DNA of 49,907 nucleotides from Microcystaceae cyanobacterium (GTDB lineage Bacteria > Cyanobacteriota > Cyanobacteriia > Cyanobacteriales > Microcystaceae), in assembly GCA_041746575.1 (NCBI GenBank), contig JBGTGT010000080.1:1-49907 (forward strand), in the 5' to 3' direction. The notes under the pieces are model-generated. The model worked only from the letters and a program-made list of their open reading frames with translations, did not search any database and was not told the DNA's origin. Every line of letters starts with the position of its first letter. Positions within the stretch are counted from its first letter, which is position 1. The position numbers were made by a program, and so were the translations under genes. Below, one piece after another: positions 21,149-32,080 of the stretch.

Positions 21149-21178
21149 TTGACAACCAACTTGTTGTTAATCTATTTT
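21149..21178 (+). promoter_or_regulatory. SufR-type operator CAAC-N6-GTTG overlapping a -35 box
   Basis: TTGACAAC-CAACTT-GTTGTTAA with the core at 21153-21166. TTGACA at 21149-54 and TATTTT at 21173-78. Confidence 0.7.
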
Positions 21179-21202
21179 AAGCCACCTGACCCCTTTTGTG
21201 AT

Positions 21203-21988
21203 ATGGATACCGTGATTACAACACAACAACTCATTCAATGGAAGGAACACCATCGTCCTATTGTCGCTTTAACGGCATGGGATAGCATTATAGGTCAATT
21301 ATTGGATAAAGCAGGGGTAGATATTGTTTTAGTGGGGGATTCCTTAGCCATGGTTGCCCTTGGTCATCCAAATACCTTACCCCTTACTTTAGACCAAATG
21401 GTTCATCATGCTTCCGCCGTCAGCCGAGGGGTAAAAAGAGCGTTCATCGTCTGCGATTTACCGTTTTTGAGTTATCAAGAGAGTATCAGCCAAGCCATTC
21501 ATTCAGCCGGTCGAATTTTAAAAGAAACAGACGCAAAAGCAGTTAAATTAGAAGGAGGACACCCTGCCATGATTGAAACCATTTCTCGTTTAACAGCCAT
21601 TGGCATTCCGGTAATGGGTCATGTGGGATTAACGCCTCAATCGGTACATCAGTTAGGCTATCGACAGCAAGGAAAGACCGAAGCCGAAGCAGAGCGTATT
21701 GAGAGAGAAGCGATTAATTTGGCTGAAGCAGGGGCTTTTTCCATCGTTCTAGAACATATTCCTACAGATTTGGCTACTCGAATTACACAGAAAATTCCCA
21801 TTCCCACCATCGGCATTGGTGCGGGAAAAGGGTGCGATGGACAAGTATTGGTAACTGCGGATTTATTAGGTTTATCCCCGAAAATGCCGCCTTTTGCTCA
21901 ACCTTATTTGAATTTGCGCCAAGTTATTGTCGAAGGCATCCAGAAATTTGCGAAAGATGTACGAGAGGGACAATTTCCCCAATCCTGA
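21203..21988 (+). CDS. panB: 3-methyl-2-oxobutanoate hydroxymethyltransferase
   Basis: [42 protein letters not shown]. Confidence 0.95.
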   Translation: MDTVITTQQLIQWKEHHRPIVALTAWDSIIGQLLDKAGVDIVLVGDSLAMVALGHPNTLPLTLDQMVHHASAVSRGVKRAFIVCDLPFLSYQESISQAIHSAGRILKETDAKAVKLEGGHPAMIETISRLTAIGIPVMGHVGLTPQSVHQLGYRQQGKTEAEAERIEREAINLAEAGAFSIVLEHIPTDLATRITQKIPIPTIGIGAGKGCDGQVLVTADLLGLSPKMPPFAQPYLNLRQVIVEGIQKFAKDVREGQFPQS

Positions 21989-22075
21989 ATAAATCGATAA
22001 ATATGGCTTCTGGGCAAGATTTAGAGATTAAAGTAAGAGTGACGCTTTATGATTCTATTAATCTGATTTTCTCCT

Positions 22076-22939
22076 ATGTCCACTGCTCAAATTTTAGACG
22101 GAAAAGCCTTAGCGCAAGATATTCAAACAAAACTCAAAGATCAAATTGCCGAATTACAGCCAAACAAAGGCCGTCCTCCCGGTTTAGCGGTTTTGATGGT
22201 AGGGGATAACCCTGCTAGTGCGGTTTATGTAAGAAATAAAGAAAAAGCCTGTGCAAAGGTGGGAATTGCTTCTTTCGGTCACCACTTTCCGGCGGATACA
22301 TCTCAAGAAGAACTGCAACAGATGATTAAAGACCTTAATCGAGATCCTCAAGTGGATGGTATTCTGGTTCAGTTACCTTTACCTCCTCATTTAGATGCCG
22401 TTCAACTGTTGTTAACCATCGACCCTAATAAAGATGTAGATGGCCTCCACCCCACCAATTTAGGGCGATTAGTGCGGGGAGAGAAAGGATTACGCAGTTG
22501 TACCCCAGCCGGTGTTATGCGTCTTTTAGAGGCTTATTCGATTGAGATGGCGGGTAAAAATGCTGTGGTTCTAGGACGTAGTATTCTAGTGGGTAAACCG
22601 ATGGCGTTTATGTTACTAGAAAAAAATGCCACTGTTACGATTGCTCATTCTCGCACAAAGCGTTTAGCAGAAATGACGCGTCAGGCAGATATTTTGGTGG
22701 CGGCAGTAGGTAAACCCCAAATGATTACGGCTGATATGGTGAAACCTGAAGCGATTGTGATTGATGTAGGAATTAGTCGTCTTGAAGATGAGCAAGGAAA
22801 AGGATATTTAGTCGGAGATGTAGATTATCCATCTATTTTACCCATTGCAAGTTATATTACCCCCGTCCCCGGTGGTATTGGTCCCATGACGATTGCCTTA
22901 CTTTTGAGTAATACGGTTTTGAGTTATGCTCTTCGATAA
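22076..22939 (+). CDS. folD: Methylenetetrahydrofolate dehydrogenase/cyclohydrolase
   Basis: [48 protein letters not shown]. Confidence 0.95.
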   Translation: MSTAQILDGKALAQDIQTKLKDQIAELQPNKGRPPGLAVLMVGDNPASAVYVRNKEKACAKVGIASFGHHFPADTSQEELQQMIKDLNRDPQVDGILVQLPLPPHLDAVQLLLTIDPNKDVDGLHPTNLGRLVRGEKGLRSCTPAGVMRLLEAYSIEMAGKNAVVLGRSILVGKPMAFMLLEKNATVTIAHSRTKRLAEMTRQADILVAAVGKPQMITADMVKPEAIVIDVGISRLEDEQGKGYLVGDVDYPSILPIASYITPVPGGIGPMTIALLLSNTVLSYALR

Positions 22940-23010
22940 TTAACCCTAAAAAAAATGACCTCTCCTCGGATGGGAGGAACTTTTGCGCTAAATTGAGCCA
23001 TTATTCTTTC

Positions 23011-23175
23011 CTAATCGCCAAATTCCCAACAAAACACAATGACGAGAATAGCGATCGCAAAATACTTTAACACGAATGCTGAGAAATGAATCAAACTTTC
23101 TGGCCAAAAACCAAATAAATTGGAAAAAAGCCAATTACTAGATAAAATAACTAAAATTGCGAGAATGACAGCCAT
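23011..23175 (-). CDS. 54-aa two-helix membrane protein (absent from the ORF track)
   Basis: Translated by hand: MAVILAILVILSSNWLFSNLFGFWPESLIHFSAFVLKYFAIAILVIVFCWEFGD*. Contains a HIP1 site at 23051. Confidence 0.55.
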   Translation of the reverse strand: MAVILAILVILSSNWLFSNLFGFWPESLIHFSAFVLKYFAIAILVIVFCWEFGD

Positions 23176-23276
23176 TTTCTTTTTGATTTCATGTCGTTAA
23201 TGCTGATCAGATTGACGGGATTGCCATAAAATTAAAAATCTGACACTTATCTCTTTAATCCTACCCCATTAATTCT

Positions 23277-23450
23277 ACGTGAGTTCGACCATCAGAAAAG
23301 CTACGAAACTTCTTCATTTAATTTTTTTTCATTTATTTTGTGCAGGGGGTTTGGGGGGCTAGTCCCCCAATCAAGAATTTGTTTTTCCTTTCCCAATCCC
23401 AATCAGAATGAACAAAAAAATTGAGATAATTGCCCTCGCCGAACTCACGT
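23277..23450. mobile_element. MITE copy B, 174 bp
   Basis: 11-bp TIR ACGTGAGTTCG/CGAACTCACGT, flanked by the direct repeat TAATTCT (23270-76, 23451-57). Second copy at 1-186. Confidence 0.88.
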
Positions 23451-23530
23451 TAATTCTAGCTCAAAATAAAACGAGGAATTTGAATCCCAGTTCATTAAAC
23501 GTTTAACGGTTGAGGGTGATTGAAATCATT

Positions 23531-24463
23531 ATGGCTAAATTCTCTTCTTATTATTTAATTCAAAAAAATTGGTTAACTGAACTTTTGAACTGGCAAGTTT
23601 CTGTTATTCCTGCTATTCTTCCTAGAATTTTAATTTGTTTTTTATTTTCTCTTTTTGTCTCTTTTTTATACGAAAACGGAATTAATATTGCCTTACCCAT
23701 TCCTAGTGGCATTGTTCCTAGCATTGTTTTAGGTTTGCTCCTCGTTTTTCGGACAAATACAGCTTACGATCGTTTTTGGGAAGGACGCAAAGCATGGGGA
23801 AATATTATCAACACTGTCCGCAATTTATCCCGTAATATTTGGGTTTCTATTGCTGAAAACTCTCCTGAAGATAGAACGGAAAAAATCATTATCTTGCGTC
23901 TTATTGTCGCTTTTGCAGTGGCTCTGAAGCTACGGTTGAGAGATGAAAAGATTAATGAAGAATTAGCTAAATTGATGCCTCATCAATGGTATGAAAAACT
24001 AAAATTAATGAATACCCCTCCTTTAGAAATTGCCTTTTGGATTAACGATTACTTACAAGAAAAACATCGCCAAAATAAACTAAATACTTATCAATTAACT
24101 TCAGCAATTCAATTATTAGATAATTTAGTAAATATGATGGGGTCGTGCGAAAGAATTTTAAAAACCCCCATCCCCCTTGCCTATGCCATTCACTTGAAAC
24201 AGTTAGTGTTAATTTATTGCTTAACTCTTCCTTTTGAATTAGTAGATGAACTCCATTGGGTTACTGCTCTTGTCGTTTCTATTATTAGCTTCACCGTTTT
24301 TGGTATAGAAGAAATCGGTCGAGAAATTGAAAATCCTTTTGGTTACGATGCTAATGATTTGCCCCTAGATCAAATTTGTGATACCATGAAAAGAAATATT
24401 GAAGATTTGATTACGCTAGCTCCTTGTTTGCGTTATTGGCAGGATAGAAATATTCTCAATTAA
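23531..24463 (+). CDS. Bestrophin family channel
   Basis: LLLVFRTNTAYDRFWEGRKAWG, CERILKTPIP, IENPFG.D.NDLPLD. Confidence 0.92.
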   Translation: MAKFSSYYLIQKNWLTELLNWQVSVIPAILPRILICFLFSLFVSFLYENGINIALPIPSGIVPSIVLGLLLVFRTNTAYDRFWEGRKAWGNIINTVRNLSRNIWVSIAENSPEDRTEKIIILRLIVAFAVALKLRLRDEKINEELAKLMPHQWYEKLKLMNTPPLEIAFWINDYLQEKHRQNKLNTYQLTSAIQLLDNLVNMMGSCERILKTPIPLAYAIHLKQLVLIYCLTLPFELVDELHWVTALVVSIISFTVFGIEEIGREIENPFGYDANDLPLDQICDTMKRNIEDLITLAPCLRYWQDRNILN

Positions 24464-24472
24464 ATTTTAGCC

Positions 24473-24979
24473 ATGAACGAACCGACTCAAAATAAACTGC
24501 AACAGGCAACGTCTGCTTATCACCAATTAAAACAAACGCTCCAAAGTGTCATTTTAAGCACCCTCGATGCTCAAGGAAATCCCTACACCAGTTATGCTCC
24601 CTTTGTTATGGATGAAGCCAGCAATATTTACCTTCTAGGCAGTGAATTAGCCGAGCATACTCAACACTTATTAAAGACACCGAAAGCCAGCGTTTTATTC
24701 ATTGAAGATGAAGCAAAAGCGGCACAAATATTTGGTCGTTGTCGCCTTACCTTTCAATGTCACTCCACTGAAATTCAACGAACAGAAACTCTTTGGACTG
24801 AGATCATAGATAAATTGCAAAAACGCTTGGGTGAAACCGTTACAATGATTGCCTCTTTGCCCGATTTTCATCTCTTTAAACTCACCCCTCAAACGGGTCG
24901 TTTTGTTCTGGGATTTGGCGCAATTTATAACATTAATCCCGATAATTTAGATCAATTAGTTCCCGCTCGAATCCGATAA
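24473..24979 (+). CDS. HugZ/pyridoxamine 5'-phosphate oxidase-like protein
   Basis: PYTSYAPF, SELAEHT, SVLFIEDE..QIFGRCRL, GRFVLGFG. Confidence 0.8.
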   Translation: MNEPTQNKLQQATSAYHQLKQTLQSVILSTLDAQGNPYTSYAPFVMDEASNIYLLGSELAEHTQHLLKTPKASVLFIEDEAKAAQIFGRCRLTFQCHSTEIQRTETLWTEIIDKLQKRLGETVTMIASLPDFHLFKLTPQTGRFVLGFGAIYNINPDNLDQLVPARIR

Positions 24980-25003
24980 AAGCCTTATTAATCAGGCGAA
25001 ATT

Positions 25004-26785
25004 TTACCCTTTCTCGCCACCGTCTGATTTAATGGCAAATACGTGTAACAGGGTGTCAATTCCTTTTAATTTCAAAGGGGGAACCCGTTCTATTTCAGAA
25101 GCATCTAGATAGGTCGCCACCCTCTCAGACACCCAAATCTGGTTAGCCGGAGCCGCCTCTTGTAAACGCGCCGCTAAATTGACCGTTAACCCGATCGCTG
25201 TATAATCAGAACGTTGACCTCCGCCGAACATTCCGACCACTGCCGTTCCCTGATGAATCCCACAACGCATCTGTACAAAGGGAACATCTAAGGTATCCAC
25301 CCAACCCCGCACTTTCCAGGTTTGATTGAGTTGAGCTAAGCACAAATAAAGCTTCCGACTGACCTTTACCGCTTTTTTTGCCTGTTCTTGCCAACCTAAC
25401 TCCTCTGGCGCGCCAAATAGGGCAACGATGGCATCCCCAATAAATTTATCCACCGTTCCCCCTTCTTGAAAAATCGCTTTTGTCATGGTTTCCAAATATT
25501 CATTGAGTAACGTCGCCACAATCTGAGGGTCAAGTTGCCCTGACAAGGGGGTAAAATCCACTAAATCAACGAACAAAACCGTTATTAAGCGAGTTTCTGG
25601 GGTTAAATCAAGGCTTAATTCCCCTAACGCCACTTTATTTACCATTGAACTCGGTAAAAATCGCTTTAAGACCGATTCTGTAAGATATAAATTCAGTTGC
25701 TTAACCTGTTGTTCACTTTCTCTTAATTGTTGTGCTTGCTTTTTCGTGGTTTCATAAAGACGAGATTGCTGAACAGCGATCGCCGCTTGAGCCGCCACGG
25801 CTTGAACCAATTCCACCTCGGAAGCTGACCAATTTCGCGAATTTTCAGTCTGCCTTAGAGAAATACTGCCAATAATTTCTTGTTCGACCTTCAGAGCCAC
25901 AATCAATAACGCTTTCGCCCGTTTCTGTAAGGGCAAGTCAAAACAAATCAATTCAGGGTGACGATTAATATCGTCTAAAATAACAGGATTTCCTGTGGTC
26001 ATTAATTGTTGTAAAACAGGATTTTCAGCAATGGGAACTTTTGATTGGGGTAAAGTCAAGGTATTTTCTTGAAAACGGTCGTATAAGCCCACACACTCTA
26101 CAAAAGACGATGTTTTATCCCAAAGCGATAAGGCACAACCATCCACCTGTAACGCTTGCCCCAATTGATGAGTAATGGACTTAAAAATGGTTTGAGCATC
26201 CAAACTAGAGCGAATTGCAGAGGTAATAGCATAAATTAGACTTTCTCGTTGTGCCAAGGACTTTAATTGATAATAGGCTTCCGTTTGCACCAATAGCAAT
26301 TGAATTTGATTAACGGTTAACCCAGCCAGTTGAATCTCAAACGGTGTCCACTGACGGGGGGATTGGCTATCATGAAAAGCGAGTCCAGCAACGCATTCTT
26401 GATTGAGTTGTAGCGAAAACAATAAAGAAGCCTTAATGTAGAACTTATCAAAAATTTCAGAGAATTCTAGCTGAGATTGTTCGCTATTGCCCCCATTAAA
26501 AACCGCATAATTCAAGGAATTCAACGGCCATACAGTTTGCTCAACAGACAGCAACGGCCAAGGATGCGCTTGAGGATGACGATAAATCAAACTTCTCGGT
26601 AGGATAAAATTTGCTCTAAAAGGACGCAGGATAACATAATCTACTCTAAGCATCTGCCCCACCGTTTCAATGAGCGTTTGTAGGCTTTTAGTCAGAGAAT
26701 AGGGGGTTTGTACCTGAAAAGAACTGGCCAAACAATCAAACCAAGTCGCAAGCGAATCTGAATAAAGCACTTCCTTAGCAGACAT
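25004..26785 (-). CDS. GAF-GAF class III adenylate cyclase
   Basis: Two GAF domains (RQWTPFE, RNWSASE). Catalytic LFVDLVDFT, VDKFIGD, YTAIGLTVNLAARLQ, where the Lys/Thr pair indicates ATP specificity. Confidence 0.88.
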   Translation of the reverse strand: MSAKEVLYSDSLATWFDCLASSFQVQTPYSLTKSLQTLIETVGQMLRVDYVILRPFRANFILPRSLIYRHPQAHPWPLLSVEQTVWPLNSLNYAVFNGGNSEQSQLEFSEIFDKFYIKASLLFSLQLNQECVAGLAFHDSQSPRQWTPFEIQLAGLTVNQIQLLLVQTEAYYQLKSLAQRESLIYAITSAIRSSLDAQTIFKSITHQLGQALQVDGCALSLWDKTSSFVECVGLYDRFQENTLTLPQSKVPIAENPVLQQLMTTGNPVILDDINRHPELICFDLPLQKRAKALLIVALKVEQEIIGSISLRQTENSRNWSASEVELVQAVAAQAAIAVQQSRLYETTKKQAQQLRESEQQVKQLNLYLTESVLKRFLPSSMVNKVALGELSLDLTPETRLITVLFVDLVDFTPLSGQLDPQIVATLLNEYLETMTKAIFQEGGTVDKFIGDAIVALFGAPEELGWQEQAKKAVKVSRKLYLCLAQLNQTWKVRGWVDTLDVPFVQMRCGIHQGTAVVGMFGGGQRSDYTAIGLTVNLAARLQEAAPANQIWVSERVATYLDASEIERVPPLKLKGIDTLLHVFAIKSDGGEKG

Positions 26786-26968
26786 CGTCCATCAAAAAGC
26801 TGAGTGAAAGGGTTCTTTGTCTAGATTGCCCCTTTTGTATTCTACTCTTTCTATTGAGATGAAATCCGTTGAGTAAAGCTTTAGAATAAGAGTTACAATG
26901 CGGGAATCCCTCTGGATTTTTCCTTGATTTCTGCTGATTCCTGAAGTTGAACTTACTAATCAGCCTCA

Positions 26969-27595
26969 GTGAATCTTTACTATCCTCACCCCATGATGTT
27001 AGGAGTAACCGTGGACTTCTGCTTCTCATCACTAAAACCTACTGCTTCTGTTCCAAACCCCGCCATTTGGGTTAATTCGCCGGCCTTAGATATTCGTACC
27101 TTACAAATTCAAGATCTGAGAATGGTAACCGAGGTGTTAGCGAATAGCTTTCATTCCTCTCAAGGCTGGAGTTATTGGTTATTTCCTTTGATTAAATTAG
27201 GCATTTACGAAGATTTACGTCACCGTTTACGCCAAGCTAATCCTAATTATCAGTGTATTGTCGCCCGTTATGGTCAGGAACCCATTATCGGTACGGCAGA
27301 AATGTCTCTGCGTCCATCTATTGGTTTTACGGCTTTTCCCTATCTGTCTAACTTGGCGGTGAGTCTAACCCATCGACGACGGGGGACTGCTCGGCAATTA
27401 TTACGGCGATGTGAACAAATTGCCCTAGACTGGGGGTATGATGTCTTATTTCTCCATGTTCTAGAGGATAATACGGCGGCTCAAAAACTCTATGAAGCCA
27501 ATGGTTATCAACTCTGTCGCGAAGAATGGTGTCTCAGCGATTGGCTATTTCATCGCTCTAGGCGATTATTGTTATCCAAAAAATTACGTTCCTAA
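26969..27595 (+). CDS. GNAT N-acetyltransferase (start uncertain)
   Basis: YLSNLAV..HRRRGTA..LHVLEDN.AAQKLY...GY. Confidence 0.85.
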   Translation: MNLYYPHPMMLGVTVDFCFSSLKPTASVPNPAIWVNSPALDIRTLQIQDLRMVTEVLANSFHSSQGWSYWLFPLIKLGIYEDLRHRLRQANPNYQCIVARYGQEPIIGTAEMSLRPSIGFTAFPYLSNLAVSLTHRRRGTARQLLRRCEQIALDWGYDVLFLHVLEDNTAAQKLYEANGYQLCREEWCLSDWLFHRSRRLLLSKKLRS

Positions 27596-28017
27596 TGGTT
27601 GAATCTTCGTTTTCGGCGACGCTTGAAGAATCCCTTGCTCTGCTTAAATCCTTCAGTGGTGTCACCCCGAAAGGACTAACCTCAGAAAACGAAAAACAGC
27701 GACTCCGTCAAGCGATTTGTCAAATCGTGACTCTCTCAGAGGGGGAAAATCTGGGAATTTGTGCGGATACGGTCGAAGAAGCTCTAGACAGCTTAACCCA
27801 ATATCTTCAAGCGTTAGCTTACCCTCCGCTTTCCCCTGCGCCAGACCTCCCTCATCTGACGGAAGCAGTCTATTTAAAATATAATACGCAAAAGCAACGC
27901 TATTATTTAGACAGGTATTCTGGGGAATATCGCGGGGTTTTATTGGCGATCCAAGGAGAATATGAATCGATTACGGGAACTTATGGTTATTTTCCCCTTG
28001 ATTTATTCAAAGATTAA
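27595..28017 (+). CDS. DUF1824-like protein
   Basis: NLGICAD...VYLKYNT..YY...Y.G.YRGVL..GTYGYFPLDLF. Overlaps the GNAT stop (TAATG). Confidence 0.75.
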   Translation: MVESSFSATLEESLALLKSFSGVTPKGLTSENEKQRLRQAICQIVTLSEGENLGICADTVEEALDSLTQYLQALAYPPLSPAPDLPHLTEAVYLKYNTQKQRYYLDRYSGEYRGVLLAIQGEYESITGTYGYFPLDLFKD

Positions 28018-28022
28018 CTTTT

Positions 28023-28211
28023 TCATTCTTCATAATCGCTGTCAATTACGACCGCTAGCGTGGCTTCGTCGATATGAATGAATAGAAGATTCGGCCGACA
28101 ACAAACTTGGCAATCTTCTCCGTAACATTGTTCTCTGCCTGCACTTAGATCAACAAAAGTGGTATTGATTTCTCCACAAAAAGCACAAGTGTAATCAGCC
28201 GTGGTTTGCAT
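28023..28211 (-). CDS. CPXCG-type cysteine-rich zinc-ribbon protein
   Basis: CAFCGE..VDLSAG.EQ.Y.EDCQVCCRP. Confidence 0.8.
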   Translation of the reverse strand: MQTTADYTCAFCGEINTTFVDLSAGREQCYGEDCQVCCRPNLLFIHIDEATLAVVIDSDYEE

Positions 28212-28380
28212 CGTTAAAAATAATTAAAATTCGCTATCAAAAGAGAAGTTCAAGCTTAGATAACCCTTGCTTCGGTTAAGAAACCAAATTAGGGGTTTAA
28301 AAAAAGTAATAGGGTGGCGTTATGGCTTTTTTCGGGCTTAATTTTGCCTTTAGTATTCCACCCTAAGAGGGATATTTGGT

Positions 28381-28851
28381 TTAATTATTGGCGGCAGCCA
28401 ACATTTCTTTGAGCTGTGCCAGTTGATCAGCCCAACGGGGATCCGGTTGAATAGATTCAGGCTGCTTATTGCTAGGGGTGGCACTGCGATTTTTCGGCTT
28501 TTTACCGCCACTCCCACTCTTTTTGCGATTTTCTTTGGGGGTAGGGGCTTCAGTGCCGATTGCACCTTCACCTTCTTCTTCGCTTTTCGTTTTCGTGCGG
28601 GGTTGCGCCCTTTCAATCCGGAGGGAGGTCTCCATAAAAGGCTTACCATTGTACTCCTCGATAAACTTATCGGCCTCCTCTTCACTGGCTACAGTGACAA
28701 AGGCAAATCCCCGACATTTACCGGTTTTACGGTCTTTAATAACCTTAGTGGACACCACGGATGACTCTTCTGCTTCACCAAAGACTTCTTGTAAAGCTTG
28801 GCGTTCAATCGGTTCTTTGGGCAAGTTACCTACATATAAACGAACAGACAT
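28381..28851 (-). CDS. RRM RNA-binding protein (Rbp3-like)
   Basis: RNP2 LYVGNL, RNP1 RGFAFV, C-terminal QPDPRWA. Confidence 0.9.
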   Translation of the reverse strand: MSVRLYVGNLPKEPIERQALQEVFGEAEESSVVSTKVIKDRKTGKCRGFAFVTVASEEEADKFIEEYNGKPFMETSLRIERAQPRTKTKSEEEGEGAIGTEAPTPKENRKKSGSGGKKPKNRSATPSNKQPESIQPDPRWADQLAQLKEMLAAANN

Positions 28852-29284
28852 GAAAAAACCTCCGATAATGGATCTTAAAGAAAAATGGTTGTTTTTTGAA
28901 CATTAAATCATAAGACCAGTATTCCAGAAAAAGCAAGGTAAAAAGGTCAGAAAGTCCGACAACTGGGATTTCTTGACTTTTGCGATTGCTCATGGTAAGA
29001 CTGGCTCTTGTTATCAAAGTAGCCTAACCTCTAAAGCTCAAATTGGATAAAACTTTGTGACATGTTATTTTATTTCAGTCAACGGTGATTTGAATAGGCG
29101 GACTAGCTTGGCAATATATCTGCCCTTATAGATTATTGCAGATACCTTTACAAAGTGCAATCACAAGCGTTTAAACTTTCAGCCCCCTTTGAGATTATCG
29201 GCTTGGATGCCCCATTGAGCCAAAAAAATGAGAAGCCTTGAGAGAAATAAATTTAATAAAATGGCATCAATAAACTGAATCTAA

Positions 29285-30137
29285 CTAATAAATCTCGTGA
29301 ATAATGCCATTTTTGCCTTCTTGCTTAACTTTATACATTAAAGTATCCGCTAGTCTGATCATCTGATCTAACGAATTGGGTAAATTTGTAAAGGTGACAA
29401 TCCCCATGCTAAAGCTTACTGGAAAACCTTCTTTTTGCACGGACTCTCTTAATTTTTTCTGAATTCGTTCAACAGTTTGTTGAGTATTCTGATAGTGACT
29501 TTCCAACAAGAGGATGGCAAATTCATCGCCGCCGAGACGAGCGACAATATCCGTCGTTCTTAACCCTTGCTGAATGGTATCCGTAATCAAGCAGAGAAGT
29601 TGATTGCCAACTGTGTGTCCCAATGTATCGTTTACAGTTTTAAAATGATCTACATCTAGATAGATTAAGGAAAAAGGGTGACGATATCGTTCAAATCGTT
29701 GCCTTTCAGCTTCTAATAAGACCAGAAAAAAGCGATAATTAACAACTCCAGTTAACGTATCCGTTCTGGCTAATTTTTTTTCGGTTTCATAGGCTTTTTG
29801 GAGTTGGGAAAGCAAATAAGAAATCGTTATAAAAAATCCCAGTCTGATCGACATATTCCAGTAAGCTATCCAGACGTATTCAGGAATCCCTGTATGTAGA
29901 TAACCGATTAACCAAATAACGCCACTGAGCAGAGAAAAAAAAACCATTTTTTTGGTCAATTAGCCATGTCACCATTACAATAGGAATCACATAAAAAAGC
30001 GACATGGATAAATCAATAACAATATAATAATCGACGAAACCAATTAAAAAAGTTAAGAAAAGAGCGATGCCATAGATTTGCCACTTAACCACTTTTTCGA
30101 GATTTCTGATGAGAGCAAGCATGAGACGGGTCATCAT
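29285..30137 (-). pseudogene. Membrane-bound GGDEF protein split by a frameshift in a homopolymer tract
   Basis: ORFs 29880-30137 (TM helices) and 29285-29959 (TM + RTTD..RLGGDEF) overlap across the A9 run (29935-43) and T7 run (29947-53). Confidence 0.8.
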
Positions 30138-30266
30138 TGTAATTAATACTTCAATGGATTTTAGGAATCATTAATAACAGTTGAAAAGGGTATCACAAAT
30201 TATTAATATAGTTTATAATCAAGAAAAAATCAATAATCTATTTGACCCACGGTACTTTTACTTTCT

Positions 30267-32024
30267 ATGCAACTTCTCAGCGACCAACTGAATCAGCGTT
30301 TTCAGGATGCGTTTACTCAAGCGTTTGGTACGAAGCTTCAACCCATCACTCCTTTAGTCGTTATCGCCACGAATTCTAAATTTGGGGACTATCAATGTAA
30401 CGTAGCCTTACCCTTAGCCAAAACCCTCAAAAAGTCCCCGCGAGACATTGCTCAGACTTTAATTGATTATCTAGAGATCGAAGATATTTGTGAAACACCC
30501 GAAATTGCTGGGGCAGGGTTTATTAATCTAAAATTAAAATCGAATTACCTCGAAAAACAACTTCAGCAAATTCAAGCCGATGCTCGTTTAGGCGTCGAAA
30601 AAGCACAACCCGTCCAACGCGTTGTTATTGATTTCTCCAGTCCCAATATTGCGAAAGATATGCACGTAGGTCATTTGCGATCTACTATTATTGGGGATTG
30701 TATTGCTCGCATCTTAGAATTTCGGGGTCATGATGTTTTACGACTGAATCATGTCGGAGATTGGGGAACACAGTTCGGGATGTTAATTGCCCACTTAAAA
30801 GAGCAATATCCCCATGCTTTAACGACAGCAAATGCTTTAGAGATTAGAGATTTGGTGACCTTTTATCAACAAGCTAAACAACGTTTTAAAGAAGATGAAG
30901 CTTTCCAAGAAACAGCTCGAAAAGAAGTGGTTAAACTTCAATCAGGAGAACCAGAAAGTCGTCAGGCGTGGCAATTGCTTTGTGAGCAATCTCGCTCTGC
31001 CTTTCAAGATATTTATCATCAATTAGATATTCATCTACAGGAACGGGGAGAATCTTTCTATAATTCCCTATTACCCGAAATGGTAAAATCATTGGAACAA
31101 AGGGGCTTACTGACCGAAGATCAAGGGGCAAAATGCGTCTTTTTAGAAGGATTTACCAATAAAGCCGGTGATCCCCTCCCCTTAATTGTGCAGAAATATG
31201 ATGGCGGTTATAATTATGCCACCACAGATTTAGCAGCTTTAAAATATCGTATTGAGCAGGACAAAGCAACCCGCCTCATATATGTTACTGATGCTGGACA
31301 ATCAAATCATTTCGCTCAATTTTTTCAAGTAGCAAAACGGGCAGGATTTTTAACGGATGACATTGAAGTAGTTCATGTTCCTTTTGGCATTGTTTTGGGG
31401 GAAGATGGTAAAAAAATTAGTACCAGTTCAGGAGAAAGTGTTAAGCTCAAAGATTTACTTAATAAATCGATTTTATTTGCCCGTCAAGATTTAGAAACTC
31501 GCTTAAAAGATGAAGGAAGAACGGAAACAGAAAACTTTATTAATCAGGTTTCTACAGTGGTGGGAATCAGTTCGGTTAAATATGCCGACCTCAGTCAAAA
31601 TCGCACGAGTAAGTATATGTTTAGTTATCAAAAAATGCTAGAGTTGCAAGGCAATACTGCCCCTTATATGCTTTATGCCTATGCCCGAATTCAAAGTATT
31701 AGTCGAGAAGGTCAAATTAATTATAGTGAATTAACTAAAACGGCCTCGATTCTTTTAAAAGAAACTGAAGAAATTGAATTAGGCAAATCACTTTTACAAT
31801 TTGGAGAAGTCATCCAAGAAGTTGAACTAACTTTGTTTCCCAATCGTCTTTGTGATTACTTATATGAACTGAGTAAGCAATTTAATCGTTTCTACGAAAA
31901 TTGTCCTGTTTTGAAAGCGGAAGAACCGATTAAAGCCTCAAGATTGTTGTTGTCTTATCTCACAGCACAAACCTTAAAACTAGGCTTATCTTTATTGGGA
32001 ATTCCAGTTTTAGAACGAATGTAA
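30267..32024 (+). CDS. argS: Arginine--tRNA ligase
   Basis: FGDYQ, DFSSPN, HIGH motif [32 protein letters not shown]-terminal ERM. Confidence 0.96.
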   Translation: MQLLSDQLNQRFQDAFTQAFGTKLQPITPLVVIATNSKFGDYQCNVALPLAKTLKKSPRDIAQTLIDYLEIEDICETPEIAGAGFINLKLKSNYLEKQLQQIQADARLGVEKAQPVQRVVIDFSSPNIAKDMHVGHLRSTIIGDCIARILEFRGHDVLRLNHVGDWGTQFGMLIAHLKEQYPHALTTANALEIRDLVTFYQQAKQRFKEDEAFQETARKEVVKLQSGEPESRQAWQLLCEQSRSAFQDIYHQLDIHLQERGESFYNSLLPEMVKSLEQRGLLTEDQGAKCVFLEGFTNKAGDPLPLIVQKYDGGYNYATTDLAALKYRIEQDKATRLIYVTDAGQSNHFAQFFQVAKRAGFLTDDIEVVHVPFGIVLGEDGKKISTSSGESVKLKDLLNKSILFARQDLETRLKDEGRTETENFINQVSTVVGISSVKYADLSQNRTSKYMFSYQKMLELQGNTAPYMLYAYARIQSISREGQINYSELTKTASILLKETEEIELGKSLLQFGEVIQEVELTLFPNRLCDYLYELSKQFNRFYENCPVLKAEEPIKASRLLLSYLTAQTLKLGLSLLGIPVLERM

Positions 32025-32080
32025 AATTCAAAAGTAACTGACTTAATTTATCTTAATTTCTTCTCGACTCGCTAATAAAT

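Noticed and set aside
28350..29017. Several ORFs overlapping the rbp gene on both strands
   Set aside because: Shadow frames with no recognisable motifs; only the RRM frame is supported.
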